Source of the DNA: an uncultured Oscillospiraceae bacterium
GTDB taxonomy: Bacteria; Bacillota; Clostridia; Oscillospirales; Acutalibacteraceae
Length of the DNA: 64,000 nucleotides
Direction of reading: 5' to 3'
Assembly: GCA_900549755.1 (NCBI GenBank)
Contig: URPQ01000001.1
Span: forward strand, 13,947 to 77,946
Shown: one piece after another, positions 10,262-20,512 of the stretch
Layout: every line of letters begins with the position of its first letter
Numbering within the stretch: the first letter of the stretch is position 1
The notes under the pieces: model-generated
Seen by the model: only the letters and a program-made list of their open reading frames with translations
What the model was told of the DNA's origin: nothing
Databases searched by the model: none
Position numbers and translations under genes: made by a program

Positions 10262-10297
10262 TTAATTAAAAGCGGTCACTCTTAAGTGACCGCTTTT
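10262..10297 (-). terminator. intrinsic terminator/attenuator between precursor peptide ORF and maturase
   Basis: Minus strand reads AAAAGCGGTCACT-TAAGA-GTGACCGCTTTT then AATTAAC; 13-bp perfect stem plus U-run. Confidence 0.6.
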
Positions 10298-10310
10298 AAA
10301 TTGAACTTTA

Positions 10311-10409
10311 GTCTAAATCGCCTTCAACTTCGCATGTGTACGATGTAGCAACCACATCATTGCAATTCAAATCAACGATATCAACATATGCCTTTTCAAA
10401 TTTCATTAT
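10311..10409 (-). CDS. unannotated 32-aa putative RiPP precursor peptide MKFEKAYVDIVDLNCNDVVATSYTCEVEGDLD
   Basis: Small ORF below the track threshold with a strong RBS (AGGTGGTGA, 6 nt spacer, ATG). It sits 70 nt upstream of the rSAM-SPASM start and is separated from it by an attenuator. Two Cys in an Asp/Glu-rich sequence. Confidence 0.55.
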
Positions 10410-10439
10410 TCTCACCACCTATATTATAATGAAAACATA

Positions 10440-10796
10440 TTAAGAAAAGCGAACAACAGCAGCATCACCATACGCAATCATTGCTGTATAGAAATCAGTA
10501 TATTTTGTTTCAGTAGGATGCTTGGCAATTTGTCCAGCAGCATACGATTCTATAGAATAGGTTCTTGTTACTGAAATTTGTTCATCACCATTATAAAGTG
10601 CAATTGTAAGGGCAGATGAAAGTTCTGTAGACTTTAAATCTCTGCAATACGCATAATAATAACCATTTGCCTTTAACTCAAAGTTAGAGCCGTTATATAC
10701 CAATTCTTTTGAACCATACGAAATAACAAATTTTAAATTGTTAATATCATAGCTAGCAACATCCGCTGATTTAACCGCGCAAACCAATTCTATCAT
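10440..10796 (-). pseudogene. C-terminal segment (118 aa from a putative Met) apparently split by a frameshift from the upstream cohesin-like gene
   Basis: No RBS before the putative ATG. Its frame stays open upstream through the last about 30 codons of the 10820..11968 gene, which suggests one gene split by a 1-nt indel near 10800-10880. Confidence 0.4.
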
Positions 10797-10819
10797 GTCG
10801 GTGCAATTAACAGTATTGC

Positions 10820-11968
10820 TTATAGAAATCCCGGTGCCAGCCTTGTTATCAATTGAAACTGGTGTTCTGGGGTTGCAGTAGCATACTCAGCAATATAAGC
10901 AGCTACACTTTCATATTCATTAACTAAAGCATCCAGTCTGTAGCCACTTCCAAAGAACTTCTGAGCCTCTGCGCCATAATTCAAGACACGAGCAAGGAGA
11001 GTTTTTTGAGCTACAGATGCACTTGTCTTAGTAAACTGACTTGCACAATAATTCAGCACACAAGTAGTGTATGCATTTGAAGACACGTAAATCTCATTAT
11101 TATCAGCATCTACACCGTGGACCTTAAACTCAATTTTATCGCCATACTGACGTGCGTCAAAGCCTTTGAATACAAATCTGTATCTTTTTGCTCCACCTAA
11201 TGTTACCGGAGTCATAGATTCAACATTAACTTTGTCTTCTACATATTTTAAAGTACCGTTGGAATAATCCTCTTTCTTTGCAGAAAGGTACAAATTAGAG
11301 CAGGATGCCCACTGTTCATTATAAAGAACATAAACATTTATGCTAAGTGTGCTTTCAAATGATACAGATTGGTTAAATTTTGCTTCTAATTCAACCGGCG
11401 CAACTGTATTCTTAACAACTACATTAGAATTTCTAAAATCAATGGTGTTTACCCAAGCCTCGCCCTGATCAGCAGCAGTAGCAGTAACATTAACCGCATA
11501 ATTACCATCGGCAGTACCATCAGCTATTTTAACGCTGAAAGTAAGCGTGAGCGAAGGAGTATGCTCATCATATGTATTATCGGATTTAACAAAGTTAAGA
11601 ATATTAACATCTGCAACAGTAGTTACACCTGTGTTTGTGTCAATGCTCTTTTTGAACTGGAAGTTTTCGCCTTCGGCAACATCAGTATCAAATTTGACCG
11701 GCTTACCACGTGTAACATCATACATAGATACAACCGTAAGTTCCTTAGCAAATGTGAACTTAACATGGTGTGCACAAATGCCTTCAATGTTTTGCAGCTT
11801 AGCGGTTACGGTTACGGTTTCGCCCGCTTTGCCTTCTGCTCCTACCATTTCATAAATGGGGGTGGTTGTCTCGTCTGCGGCTGATACGGTCAGGCAACCT
11901 ACGAGTGCGGTTAAGCAAAGGGCTGCCGAAAGTACAAGCGCAAGAGACTTTTTGAAAATCTTTTCCAT
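10820..11968 (-). CDS. secreted/lipoprotein with cohesin-like domain (cell-surface scaffold-like protein); likely continues into 10440..10796 after frameshift
   Basis: Signal peptide with LVGC lipobox or SAA-DE signal-peptidase I site. AGETVTVTAKLQNIEGICAHHVKFTF...YDV...ADGNYAVNVTATAAD resembles type-I cohesin beta-sandwich signatures. The true start is the ATG at 11968 (AGGAGAAAAG RBS), not the upstream-extended track start. Confidence 0.5.
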   Translation of the reverse strand: MEKIFKKSLALVLSAALCLTALVGCLTVSAADETTTPIYEMVGAEGKAGETVTVTAKLQNIEGICAHHVKFTFAKELTVVSMYDVTRGKPVKFDTDVAEGENFQFKKSIDTNTGVTTVADVNILNFVKSDNTYDEHTPSLTLTFSVKIADGTADGNYAVNVTATAADQGEAWVNTIDFRNSNVVVKNTVAPVELEAKFNQSVSFESTLSINVYVLYNEQWASCSNLYLSAKKEDYSNGTLKYVEDKVNVESMTPVTLGGAKRYRFVFKGFDARQYGDKIEFKVHGVDADNNEIYVSSNAYTTCVLNYCASQFTKTSASVAQKTLLARVLNYGAEAQKFFGSGYRLDALVNEYESVAAYIAEYATATPEHQFQLITRLAPGFL

Positions 11969-12357
11969 ATCTTTTCTCCTAACCGGCTTTCGCCATAAAT
12001 ATTTATACGCCGCCTTTCGGCGCCGCTTACCGCAAGCGGCAATGCCACGTTCAGCCACTAACGGTTTTCTTCATTTTATCATTAAAATAAATCTTTGTCA
12101 AGTCTTTAGGAGGTTAATAACCGGTCTGCGGCGGCTAAATATTCCGCCTTGTTTTTGTGCAAATAGACAAATGGCACTACCGGTTGTTTAATATGTTTTA
12201 TAATATGTATAAGGAGCACAAAATATCGTAGGCTGACGAGAACTGAAAAGCCCGAAACGAATATTCTTGTCTCTTTGTATACAATTATATATTTGCTACA
12301 ATAAAAAGCCAAGCATTTTTCATCGTCATTTTTCACCAACATTTGGCAATTCAGACG

Positions 12358-12385
12358 TTAGATATTAGATATTAGATCTTAGACG
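12358..12385. repeat. four tandem heptamers TTAGATA/TTAGATA/TTAGATC/TTAGACG in the divergent intergenic region
   Basis: Direct inspection. Confidence 0.4.
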
Positions 12386-12472
12386 ACGGATTTCGCCGCA
12401 TTTTCCGCATTACTCCCGCTGTGCTTTGCTTTTTTCATAAAAAAGAGTTATAATATGTATAGGTGATAAAAA

Positions 12473-13011
12473 TGGATTATAAAAAACAGGCGTATAACGC
12501 CGCAAAAGAAATAATAGAAATTGCAAATTTAAAAGCGGGGCAAATACTGGTTGTGGGCTGCTCCACAAGCGAAATTTCAGGCGAGAAAATCGGCACCGAT
12601 TCCTCCCCCGATACCGCAAAGGAGGTATTTGCGGGCATTTATGCCGCCGCCGAGGAAAAGGGAGTATTTATAGCCGCGCAGTGCTGCGAGCATTTAAACC
12701 GCGCAATAATCTGCGAGCGAAAAGCCGCGCCCTATGCCGAGCCTGTAAACGTTGTGCCGTTCCCGAAAGCCGGCGGCTCATTTGCAACAGCGGCATACGC
12801 CGCGTTTTCAGATCCGGTGGCACTTGAGGAAATAAAAGCCGACGCCGGGCTTGATATAGGCTTTACGCTTATAGGTATGCACCTTAAAAGGGTTGCCGTG
12901 CCTGTAAGGCTTGAAAATGATTATATAGGCAAGGCGCGTGTGCTTGCGGCAAGAGTGCGCCCGAAATTTATCGGCGGGGAAAGAGCCCACTACAATAAGG
13001 ATTTGCTTTAA
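12473..13011 (+). CDS. UPF0340/DUF436 (YwlG-like, TIGR01440 family) protein
   Basis: ILVVGCSTSEISGEKIGT motif typical of UPF0340; TATAAT -10 and AGGTGA RBS; start taken at the ATG at 12473. Confidence 0.55.
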
Positions 13012-13068
13012 TAGCTTTTATGAAATATGTATGAGCGTGCCGAAAAAGCGGCACGCTCATATGCATTT

Positions 13069-14352
<1,284 letters not shown>

Positions 14353-14471
14353 TTATATTATTTCTCCGCAATTTTCTTTTATTTAAAAAGAATTTGAAAA
14401 AATTAAAAATAACACTTGATTTTATTATCATAATGTGATATTATACTATGGCAGTCTAAAAACAGGTACAC

Positions 14472-14548
14472 GCGCTGATAGCTCAGCTGGATAGAGCGTC
14501 TGGCTACGGACCAGAAGGTCGGGAGTTCGAATCTTCTTCAGCGCGCCA
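14472..14548 (+). tRNA. tRNA-Arg (anticodon ACG)
   Basis: Cloverleaf: acceptor GCGCUGA/UCAGCGC, D-arm GCUC-AGCUGGAUA-GAGC, anticodon stem UCUGG/CCAGA with loop CUACGGA, T-loop UUCGAAU, encoded CCA. The T-stem has two G-U wobbles. Confidence 0.85.
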
Positions 14549-14550
14549 AA

Positions 14551-14588
14551 AATCGGCAAACACCTAAAGGCATTTGCCGATTTTTATT
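14551..14588 (+). terminator. intrinsic terminator after tRNA-Arg
   Basis: aatcggcaaa-N12-tttgccgatt followed by TTTTT. Confidence 0.6.
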
Positions 14589-14711
14589 ATTTTAATGTAT
14601 ATTATGTCTGCCGGTATCTATCTTTATACATTTATATTTCGGCTCAAAAGCGGATACATTGCAGTTTTTCAATGTGTCCGCTTTTTTATTATGAAAAACG
14701 GAGGAACAGAA

Positions 14712-17051
14712 ATGAACTTTTCCAGCAAATTTATTCGGGCAAACGGCGATATGTGTGATTTTGACAGGCATATTCCTTCGCCTTATTTCAGAAAGGAATT
14801 TGAGCTTGATTTCACAGCTGAAAAGGCAGAAATTTTAATATGCGGTCTCGGTTTTTACCGCCTTTGGATAAACGGAACCGAAATAACCAAGGGTGCGCTG
14901 GCGCCCTACATCAGCAATACGGGCGATATATGCTATTATGATTTATATAATATTGCCGCCCTGCTTAAAAACGGCAAAAACGTTATAGGCGTGCAGCTGG
15001 GCAACGGCTTCCGCAATCCGTTCGGCGGGTTTGTTTGGGACTTTGAAAAAATGGAAAGCAGGGGTCCTGTTTGCCTGGCTCTTACCTTTAAAGCAGAGGG
15101 CGGCGGCAAGGAGCTTTGCTTTGAGGCTGACGAAAGCTTTAAGACGCACGCGTCGCCTGTTATATTTGACGAGCTGCGCATGGGCTGCCGCTATGACGCA
15201 CGGCTTGAAATTCCCGGGTGGAGCCTGCCCGATTTTGACGACAGCGGCTGGAGCTTTGCCGAAAAAAGCGAAACACCAAAGGGCAAGGCGCGCCTTTGCA
15301 CCGTGCCGCCTATTGTTACGCTGCGCGAAATAAAGCCCGTTTCGGTGGAGCATTTTGACAGCCTGCCGTTTGATTACGAAACAACCGCCGACGCCTCAAA
15401 GCCCGAGCCTGATACAGTGCGCAGCAACGTGTATGTTTTTGATTTCGGGGTTAATACCGCCGGCATTTCACGGCTACACATAAACGGTGTTGCGGGGCAG
15501 AAAATTACCGTTCGCCACGCGGAAAGAAAGCTTGACGGCGGCATAACCGTGGGAACAACCCTTTTCAAGCGCGCTGACGGGATATATGAGAAATATCTTG
15601 AATACGGTCAGGTTGACGAGTACATATGCCGCGGCGGTGATGAAAGCTTTACCCCCGTATTTAAGTATGACGGCTTTAGATACGCCTACGTTGAGGGGCT
15701 TAATGCCGACCAAATAACAGACGACACTCTTGTGCTTATAGAGCAGTCATCGGAAATGGAGACGCGCAGCGGGTTTAACTGCTCTGACGATACGCTTAAT
15801 AAGCTGTTTGAGTACAGCCGCCGCAGCGACCGCGCGAATTTCTTCTATTTCCCGACGGATTGCCCGCACCGCGAGAAAAACGGTTGGACGGGCGACGCCA
15901 GCGTTTCATCAGAGCATTTTCTGCTCGGCTTCCGTATGACGGCGCTTTTAAAGGAATGGCTGCTTAACATACGCTGCGCTCAGAGTAAAGACGGCAACCT
16001 GCCGGGAATAGTTCCCACGGGTGGCTGGGGCTTTGAATGGGGCAACGGCCCCGCATGGGACGCGGTTTGCGTAAATCTGCCCTACTTTATTTATAAATTT
16101 GACGGCGATACCGAGGTTATACGTGATAACGCCGATATGATTATAAAATACTTCAAATACACCCTTACCCGATTAAACGATAAGGGCCTGGCAGAATTCG
16201 GACTGGGAGACTGGTGCGACCCGTTCCCCGATAAGGACGGTATGCCGAGCACGCCCCTTGCGGTAACCTCAACCGCCGAGCTTTATGATATAGGTGCCAA
16301 GGCAGCATTTCTTTTTGAAAAAGCAGGGCTTGAAAAGGAGGCGGAGCTTGCACGGGAATACGCACAGAAGCTGCGCGCCGCTTTCCGCAGTAATTTAATT
16401 GATTTTAACACTATGACCGTGGCGGGCGACCACCAGACCTCACAGGCTGTGGCGCTTTGCAGGGGGCTTTTTGAAAAGGACGAGATTCCCGCGGCGCGTA
16501 AAAGGCTTGTTGAAATCGTGCACCGCGACGGCGATATAAACACCTGCGGAATGATAGGGCTGCGCTATATTTTCCATGCGCTTACCGCCGCGGGTGAAAC
16601 CGAACTTGCATATAAAATTATTACAGGCAAATCGGAAAGCTGCTACGGCTACTGGGTTGAGCACAACGCCACCTCGCTGTGGGAAAACTTTGTTCCCACC
16701 GATAAGGGCGGGGATTCGCAGAACCACCACTTTATGGGGGATATTTCAAGCTGGATGCTGCAAAATATAGCCGGAATAAAGGTAAACCCAACGCTTTCAA
16801 ATATTTCCTCCTTTGAAATTTCACCCGGATTTATTCCGCAAATTTCTTCTGCCGGCGCATATTATGATTTCAAAGAAGGCAGGCTTTCCTGCGGCTTTGA
16901 AAAAACCGGCAAAGAAATTATGCTTGAAATTACCGTGCCCGAGGGTGTTTCCGGCACACTGCGCCTGCCCTGCGGCTACGCACTGGCCGATAAGCAGACA
17001 CATATTGCGCTTTCAAACGGGCATTACTGCTTTACGGTTTGCAAAATGTAA
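14712..17051 (+). CDS. alpha-L-rhamnosidase (GH78 family) -like glycoside hydrolase
   Basis: N-terminal YFRKEFELD...ICGLGFYRLWINGTEI matches the rhamnosidase N-terminal domain; GDWCDP six-hairpin-type motif. Start taken at the ATG at 14712 with GGAGGA RBS (the track start upstream is unlikely). Confidence 0.7.
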   Translation: MNFSSKFIRANGDMCDFDRHIPSPYFRKEFELDFTAEKAEILICGLGFYRLWINGTEITKGALAPYISNTGDICYYDLYNIAALLKNGKNVIGVQLGNGFRNPFGGFVWDFEKMESRGPVCLALTFKAEGGGKELCFEADESFKTHASPVIFDELRMGCRYDARLEIPGWSLPDFDDSGWSFAEKSETPKGKARLCTVPPIVTLREIKPVSVEHFDSLPFDYETTADASKPEPDTVRSNVYVFDFGVNTAGISRLHINGVAGQKITVRHAERKLDGGITVGTTLFKRADGIYEKYLEYGQVDEYICRGGDESFTPVFKYDGFRYAYVEGLNADQITDDTLVLIEQSSEMETRSGFNCSDDTLNKLFEYSRRSDRANFFYFPTDCPHREKNGWTGDASVSSEHFLLGFRMTALLKEWLLNIRCAQSKDGNLPGIVPTGGWGFEWGNGPAWDAVCVNLPYFIYKFDGDTEVIRDNADMIIKYFKYTLTRLNDKGLAEFGLGDWCDPFPDKDGMPSTPLAVTSTAELYDIGAKAAFLFEKAGLEKEAELAREYAQKLRAAFRSNLIDFNTMTVAGDHQTSQAVALCRGLFEKDEIPAARKRLVEIVHRDGDINTCGMIGLRYIFHALTAAGETELAYKIITGKSESCYGYWVEHNATSLWENFVPTDKGGDSQNHHFMGDISSWMLQNIAGIKVNPTLSNISSFEISPGFIPQISSAGAYYDFKEGRLSCGFEKTGKEIMLEITVPEGVSGTLRLPCGYALADKQTHIALSNGHYCFTVCKM

Positions 17052-17066
17052 TTTTTCTATATTCAT

Positions 17067-17109
17067 AATACGCTTGTCCGCCGCTTTAAATACGGCGGAC
17101 AAGCGTATT
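17067..17109. terminator. bidirectional intrinsic terminator
   Basis: aatacgcttgtccgccg-N9-cggcggacaagcgtatt; 17-bp stem. Confidence 0.6.
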
Positions 17110-17183
17110 CTATGCTTTTAAATCAGCTTAATGGTATTATTTTTCACTCCCTAAGATATACATTAAATAAGGGAGTTGGAATT

Positions 17184-17402
17184 ATGGAAGAAAACGAAAA
17201 AATAAGCGCCTCGGGTATTGCCGGAATTATAATTGCCGAGGCGGCGGCGGTTTTAATATTTTTGCTGACCCTGACAGTGCTTAAATATTTTTTTAAGGAT
17301 TACTACGCCGAGGTTAAGAAGTGGTACGGCGCGTCCCTTTGCGCCGAGACCGACATAAAGGAAGTAATTGAAACGGCGGGCGGTGACATAGTTGAGGTTT
17401 AA
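17184..17402 (+). CDS. small single-pass membrane protein (72 aa), hypothetical
   Basis: GGGAG RBS; one hydrophobic helix; overlaps the start of the downstream M50 gene. Confidence 0.4.
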   Translation: MEENEKISASGIAGIIIAEAAAVLIFLLTLTVLKYFFKDYYAEVKKWYGASLCAETDIKEVIETAGGDIVEV

Positions 17403-17985
17403 GCTTTTGGGAACGGAATTTTACGTTTCTTTCTTGTTTTCCGCCGTTATTACCGCAATGCTCGCGTTTGACAGGACGGGCTATGCCCTGCCCCTTATCT
17501 TTGCGGTTGTAATGCACGAGGGCGGGCATTTGCTTGCCATGTGGATACTCGATTGCTCCCCTAAACGTGTGCGCCTTGTACCAGCGGCGGTGGAAATAAC
17601 CACCGCGTTCGGCTGCTCGCGCAAAAAGGAAATTGCCGTGGCGCTTGCGGGACCCGCGGTTAATTTAGTGTTGTTTTTTACGCTTTGGTTTAATTTTCTC
17701 GCCTACAAAAACGAGCCTGTGCTTGTGTGCGCGCTTATAAACCTTTTGGTTTTTGCTTTCAATATGCTGCCCGTAACGGGGCTTGACGGCGGAACGGTGC
17801 TTTTCTCACTGCTCACCTGTAAAAGAACGCCTGAAAAATCCGTGCTTATAATGCGTATAATAAATTTATCACTTGCTGCGGCGGTGCTTTTCGCCGCGGT
17901 TCACCTCTGCTTTCACGGTAAAGTGAATATTTCGCTTTTTATAACGGCGCTTTACCTTATTGTTATAAGCATTATTAAAATGTAG
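17392..17985 (+). CDS. M50-family (site-2 protease-like) membrane metallopeptidase, short form
   Basis: HEGGH (HExxH) in a TM helix and NMLPVTGLDGG motif; TTG start is uncertain. Confidence 0.6.
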   Translation: MRFKLLGTEFYVSFLFSAVITAMLAFDRTGYALPLIFAVVMHEGGHLLAMWILDCSPKRVRLVPAAVEITTAFGCSRKKEIAVALAGPAVNLVLFFTLWFNFLAYKNEPVLVCALINLLVFAFNMLPVTGLDGGTVLFSLLTCKRTPEKSVLIMRIINLSLAAAVLFAAVHLCFHGKVNISLFITALYLIVISIIKM

Positions 17986-18042
17986 TTGAAAGAACGGATG
18001 AAATATTGTAAAATAGATGTATCAAAAATACGGAGATAAAAA

Positions 18043-19887
18043 ATGGACGATAAAGAATTTGAAAGACTGCTGCTTTCGGTGCAAAAGCCAGGCAGATATT
18101 CGGGCGGCGAGATAAACAGCGTTGTAAAGGACAAAAACAAGGTGGACGTGCGGTTTGCCTTCTGCTTTCCCGATACATACGAAATAGGAATGTCGCATTT
18201 GGGAATAAAGATACTTTATTCCCAATTTAACGAACGCGACGATATTTGGTGCGAGCGCGTTTTTGCCCCGTGCGAGGATTTTGAGAAAATAATGCGCGAA
18301 AAAAACATTCCGCTTTTCGGGCTTGAAAGCCGCGACAGTATACGCGATTTTGATTTCATAGGCTTTACGCTGCAATACGAAATGTCCTACACCAATATTT
18401 TAAATATGCTCGACCTTGCGGGCGTGCCGCTGCGCGCCGCCGACCGCACAGAGCTTTCTCCCCTTGTGGTGGCGGGCGGGCCCTGCTGCAGCAACGCAGA
18501 GCCGATAGCCGACTTTTTCGACCTTTTCTTTTTGGGCGAAGGCGAGGAGGTTGACTTAGAGGTTATAGACCTTTACAAGGAGTATAAAAAGCAGGGCAGG
18601 AGCAAACGCGAATTTTTGCGCGCCGCCGCCCAAATTGAGGGGGTATACGTACCCTCGCTTTATGATGTAAGCTATAATGCCGACGGCACCGTGAAAGCGA
18701 TAACCCCGCTTGACGGCGCGCCCGCCAAAATACGCAAGAGAATTATAAACGACCTTGATACCTGCTATTTCCCCGCAAAGCCTGTTGTTCCATTTATTGA
18801 GGTTATACACGACCGCGCCGTGCAGGAAATTTTTCGCGGATGTATTCGCGGCTGCCGCTTTTGTCAGGCAGGCTTTATTTGCCGCCCCGTGCGCGAAAAA
18901 AGCGTGGATGTTATAAACGCGCAGGCAAAAGCTACCTGCAAAAATACGGGGTATGATGAAATTTCAATTTCATCGCTCAGCACCAGCGACTACACAAAAT
19001 TAGAGCCTATGCTCGAAAAAATGCTTGAATGGACGGAGCCTAAGCACATAAGCCTTTCGCTGCCGTCGCTGAGAATTGATAATTTTTCAAAGGAGCTTTT
19101 GCAAAAGACCAACCACATAAGAAAAAGCGGGCTTACCTTTGCGCCCGAGGCGGGCACGCAAAGGCTGCGCGACGTTATAAACAAAAATGTTACCGAGGGC
19201 GAAATCTTCCGCACCTGCCTTACCGCCTTTGAGGGCGGCTATACGGCGGTAAAGCTGTACTTTATGCTGGGGCTGCCCACAGAGACCGACGCGGATTTAG
19301 AGGGCATTGCGGAATTGGGACAGAAAATAGTAGACCTTTATTACCACCAGGAAAACAAACCCAAGGGCAAGCCTGTTTCGGTTTCAATAAGCGTTTCCAC
19401 CTTTGTACCCAAGCCCTTTACGCCCTTTCAGTTTGAACCGCAAATTTCCAAAGAGGAAACCGAGCGCCGCCAGTATTACCTGCGTGGCTGCAATAAAAAC
19501 CGCAAGGTAAACATAAGCTGGCACGATTCGGCAACAAGCTATATGGAGGGTGTTTTAGCAAGAGGGGACAGGCGGTTATCCGCAGTTATTGAGGCGGCGT
19601 TTAAAAAGGGCTGCAAGTTCGATAGCTGGTCGGAATATTTCAGCCTTGAAAAATGGCTTGAAACCTTTAAGGAGTGCGGCATTGACCCCGATTTTTATAC
19701 ATCCCGCCGACGCGCATATGATGAAATTATGCCGTGGGAGCACCTTGATTACGGCGTTTCAAAGAACTTTTTAATATCCGAAAACAAGGCGGCGCACGCG
19801 GGCATTACCACGCCCAACTGCCGCGAAAAATGCTCGGCGTGCGGCGCCGCGCGCTATGGGGAGGGCGTCTGCTTTGAAAAACGTTAG
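18043..19887 (+). CDS. B12-binding-domain radical SAM protein, TIGR03960 family
   Basis: CIRGCRFCQAGF radical SAM motif after an N-terminal B12-like domain; 614 aa; followed by its usual partner gene. Confidence 0.75.
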   Translation: MDDKEFERLLLSVQKPGRYSGGEINSVVKDKNKVDVRFAFCFPDTYEIGMSHLGIKILYSQFNERDDIWCERVFAPCEDFEKIMREKNIPLFGLESRDSIRDFDFIGFTLQYEMSYTNILNMLDLAGVPLRAADRTELSPLVVAGGPCCSNAEPIADFFDLFFLGEGEEVDLEVIDLYKEYKKQGRSKREFLRAAAQIEGVYVPSLYDVSYNADGTVKAITPLDGAPAKIRKRIINDLDTCYFPAKPVVPFIEVIHDRAVQEIFRGCIRGCRFCQAGFICRPVREKSVDVINAQAKATCKNTGYDEISISSLSTSDYTKLEPMLEKMLEWTEPKHISLSLPSLRIDNFSKELLQKTNHIRKSGLTFAPEAGTQRLRDVINKNVTEGEIFRTCLTAFEGGYTAVKLYFMLGLPTETDADLEGIAELGQKIVDLYYHQENKPKGKPVSVSISVSTFVPKPFTPFQFEPQISKEETERRQYYLRGCNKNRKVNISWHDSATSYMEGVLARGDRRLSAVIEAAFKKGCKFDSWSEYFSLEKWLETFKECGIDPDFYTSRRRAYDEIMPWEHLDYGVSKNFLISENKAAHAGITTPNCREKCSACGAARYGEGVCFEKR

Positions 19888-20512
19888 AATTTTTTACACC
19901 AAAACCGACCGAATGAAGTTCGTCTCTCACCTTGATATGAACCGCCTTATGAGCCGCATTATTATGCGGGCGGATATTCCCGTGTGGTACACCGAGGGCT
20001 TTAATCAGCGAATTTATATTAACTATGCCGTGCCGCTGTCATTAGGCTTTGAGGGGCTGTATGAGATAATTGACATACGCTTAACAGACGATAATTACCC
20101 GTTAGATACCTTGCCCCAAAGGCTTAACGGCGTGTCGGTTCCCGGTATTGAGTTTATTCGCGCAGCAGAGCCCTGTTTGCCCACAAAGGATATTTGCTTT
20201 GCGGGCTTCCGCCTGCAATTTGACAGTGCAGAAATTTTTCCCGAGCTTGAAAAATTTTTATCACAGAAAAGCGTTATTTGCCAAAAGCGGGATAAACGCG
20301 GCGGCACAAAGGATTTTGATATTATACCCAACATAAAATCCTTTGAGCTTACAGGCAGCACCGCGCAATTTATTCTGGCGGCGGGAAATAACGGCAGCCT
20401 TAACCCCTCGCTTATTATGAGCGCGTTTTTTGAGCAAACAAAAACGCCGCCCGCATATTTCACTGTTACGCGTTATATGCTGTACGACGGCGCTATGAAT
20501 GAATTTAACTGA
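19856..20512 (+). CDS. TIGR03936/DUF2344 radical-SAM-associated protein
   Basis: Conserved pairing with TIGR03960; RIFYTKTDRMKFVSHLD N-terminus typical of the family. Confidence 0.7.
   Translation: MGRASALKNVRIFYTKTDRMKFVSHLDMNRLMSRIIMRADIPVWYTEGFNQRIYINYAVPLSLGFEGLYEIIDIRLTDDNYPLDTLPQRLNGVSVPGIEFIRAAEPCLPTKDICFAGFRLQFDSAEIFPELEKFLSQKSVICQKRDKRGGTKDFDIIPNIKSFELTGSTAQFILAAGNNGSLNPSLIMSAFFEQTKTPPAYFTVTRYMLYDGAMNEFN

Noticed and set aside
10423-10430. TATAAT-like hexamer directly upstream of the precursor peptide RBS
   Set aside because: Only 2 nt from the Shine-Dalgarno sequence, which would leave no 5' UTR; co-transcription from upstream is more likely.
12106-12342. 78-aa minus-strand ORF
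   Set aside because: Lies in the AT-rich divergent promoter region; no RBS and low-complexity hydrophobic composition.
14574-14711. Upstream extension of the GH78 gene in the track (start at 14574)
   Set aside because: Overlaps the tRNA terminator and has no RBS; the ATG at 14712 has GGAGGA at ideal spacing.
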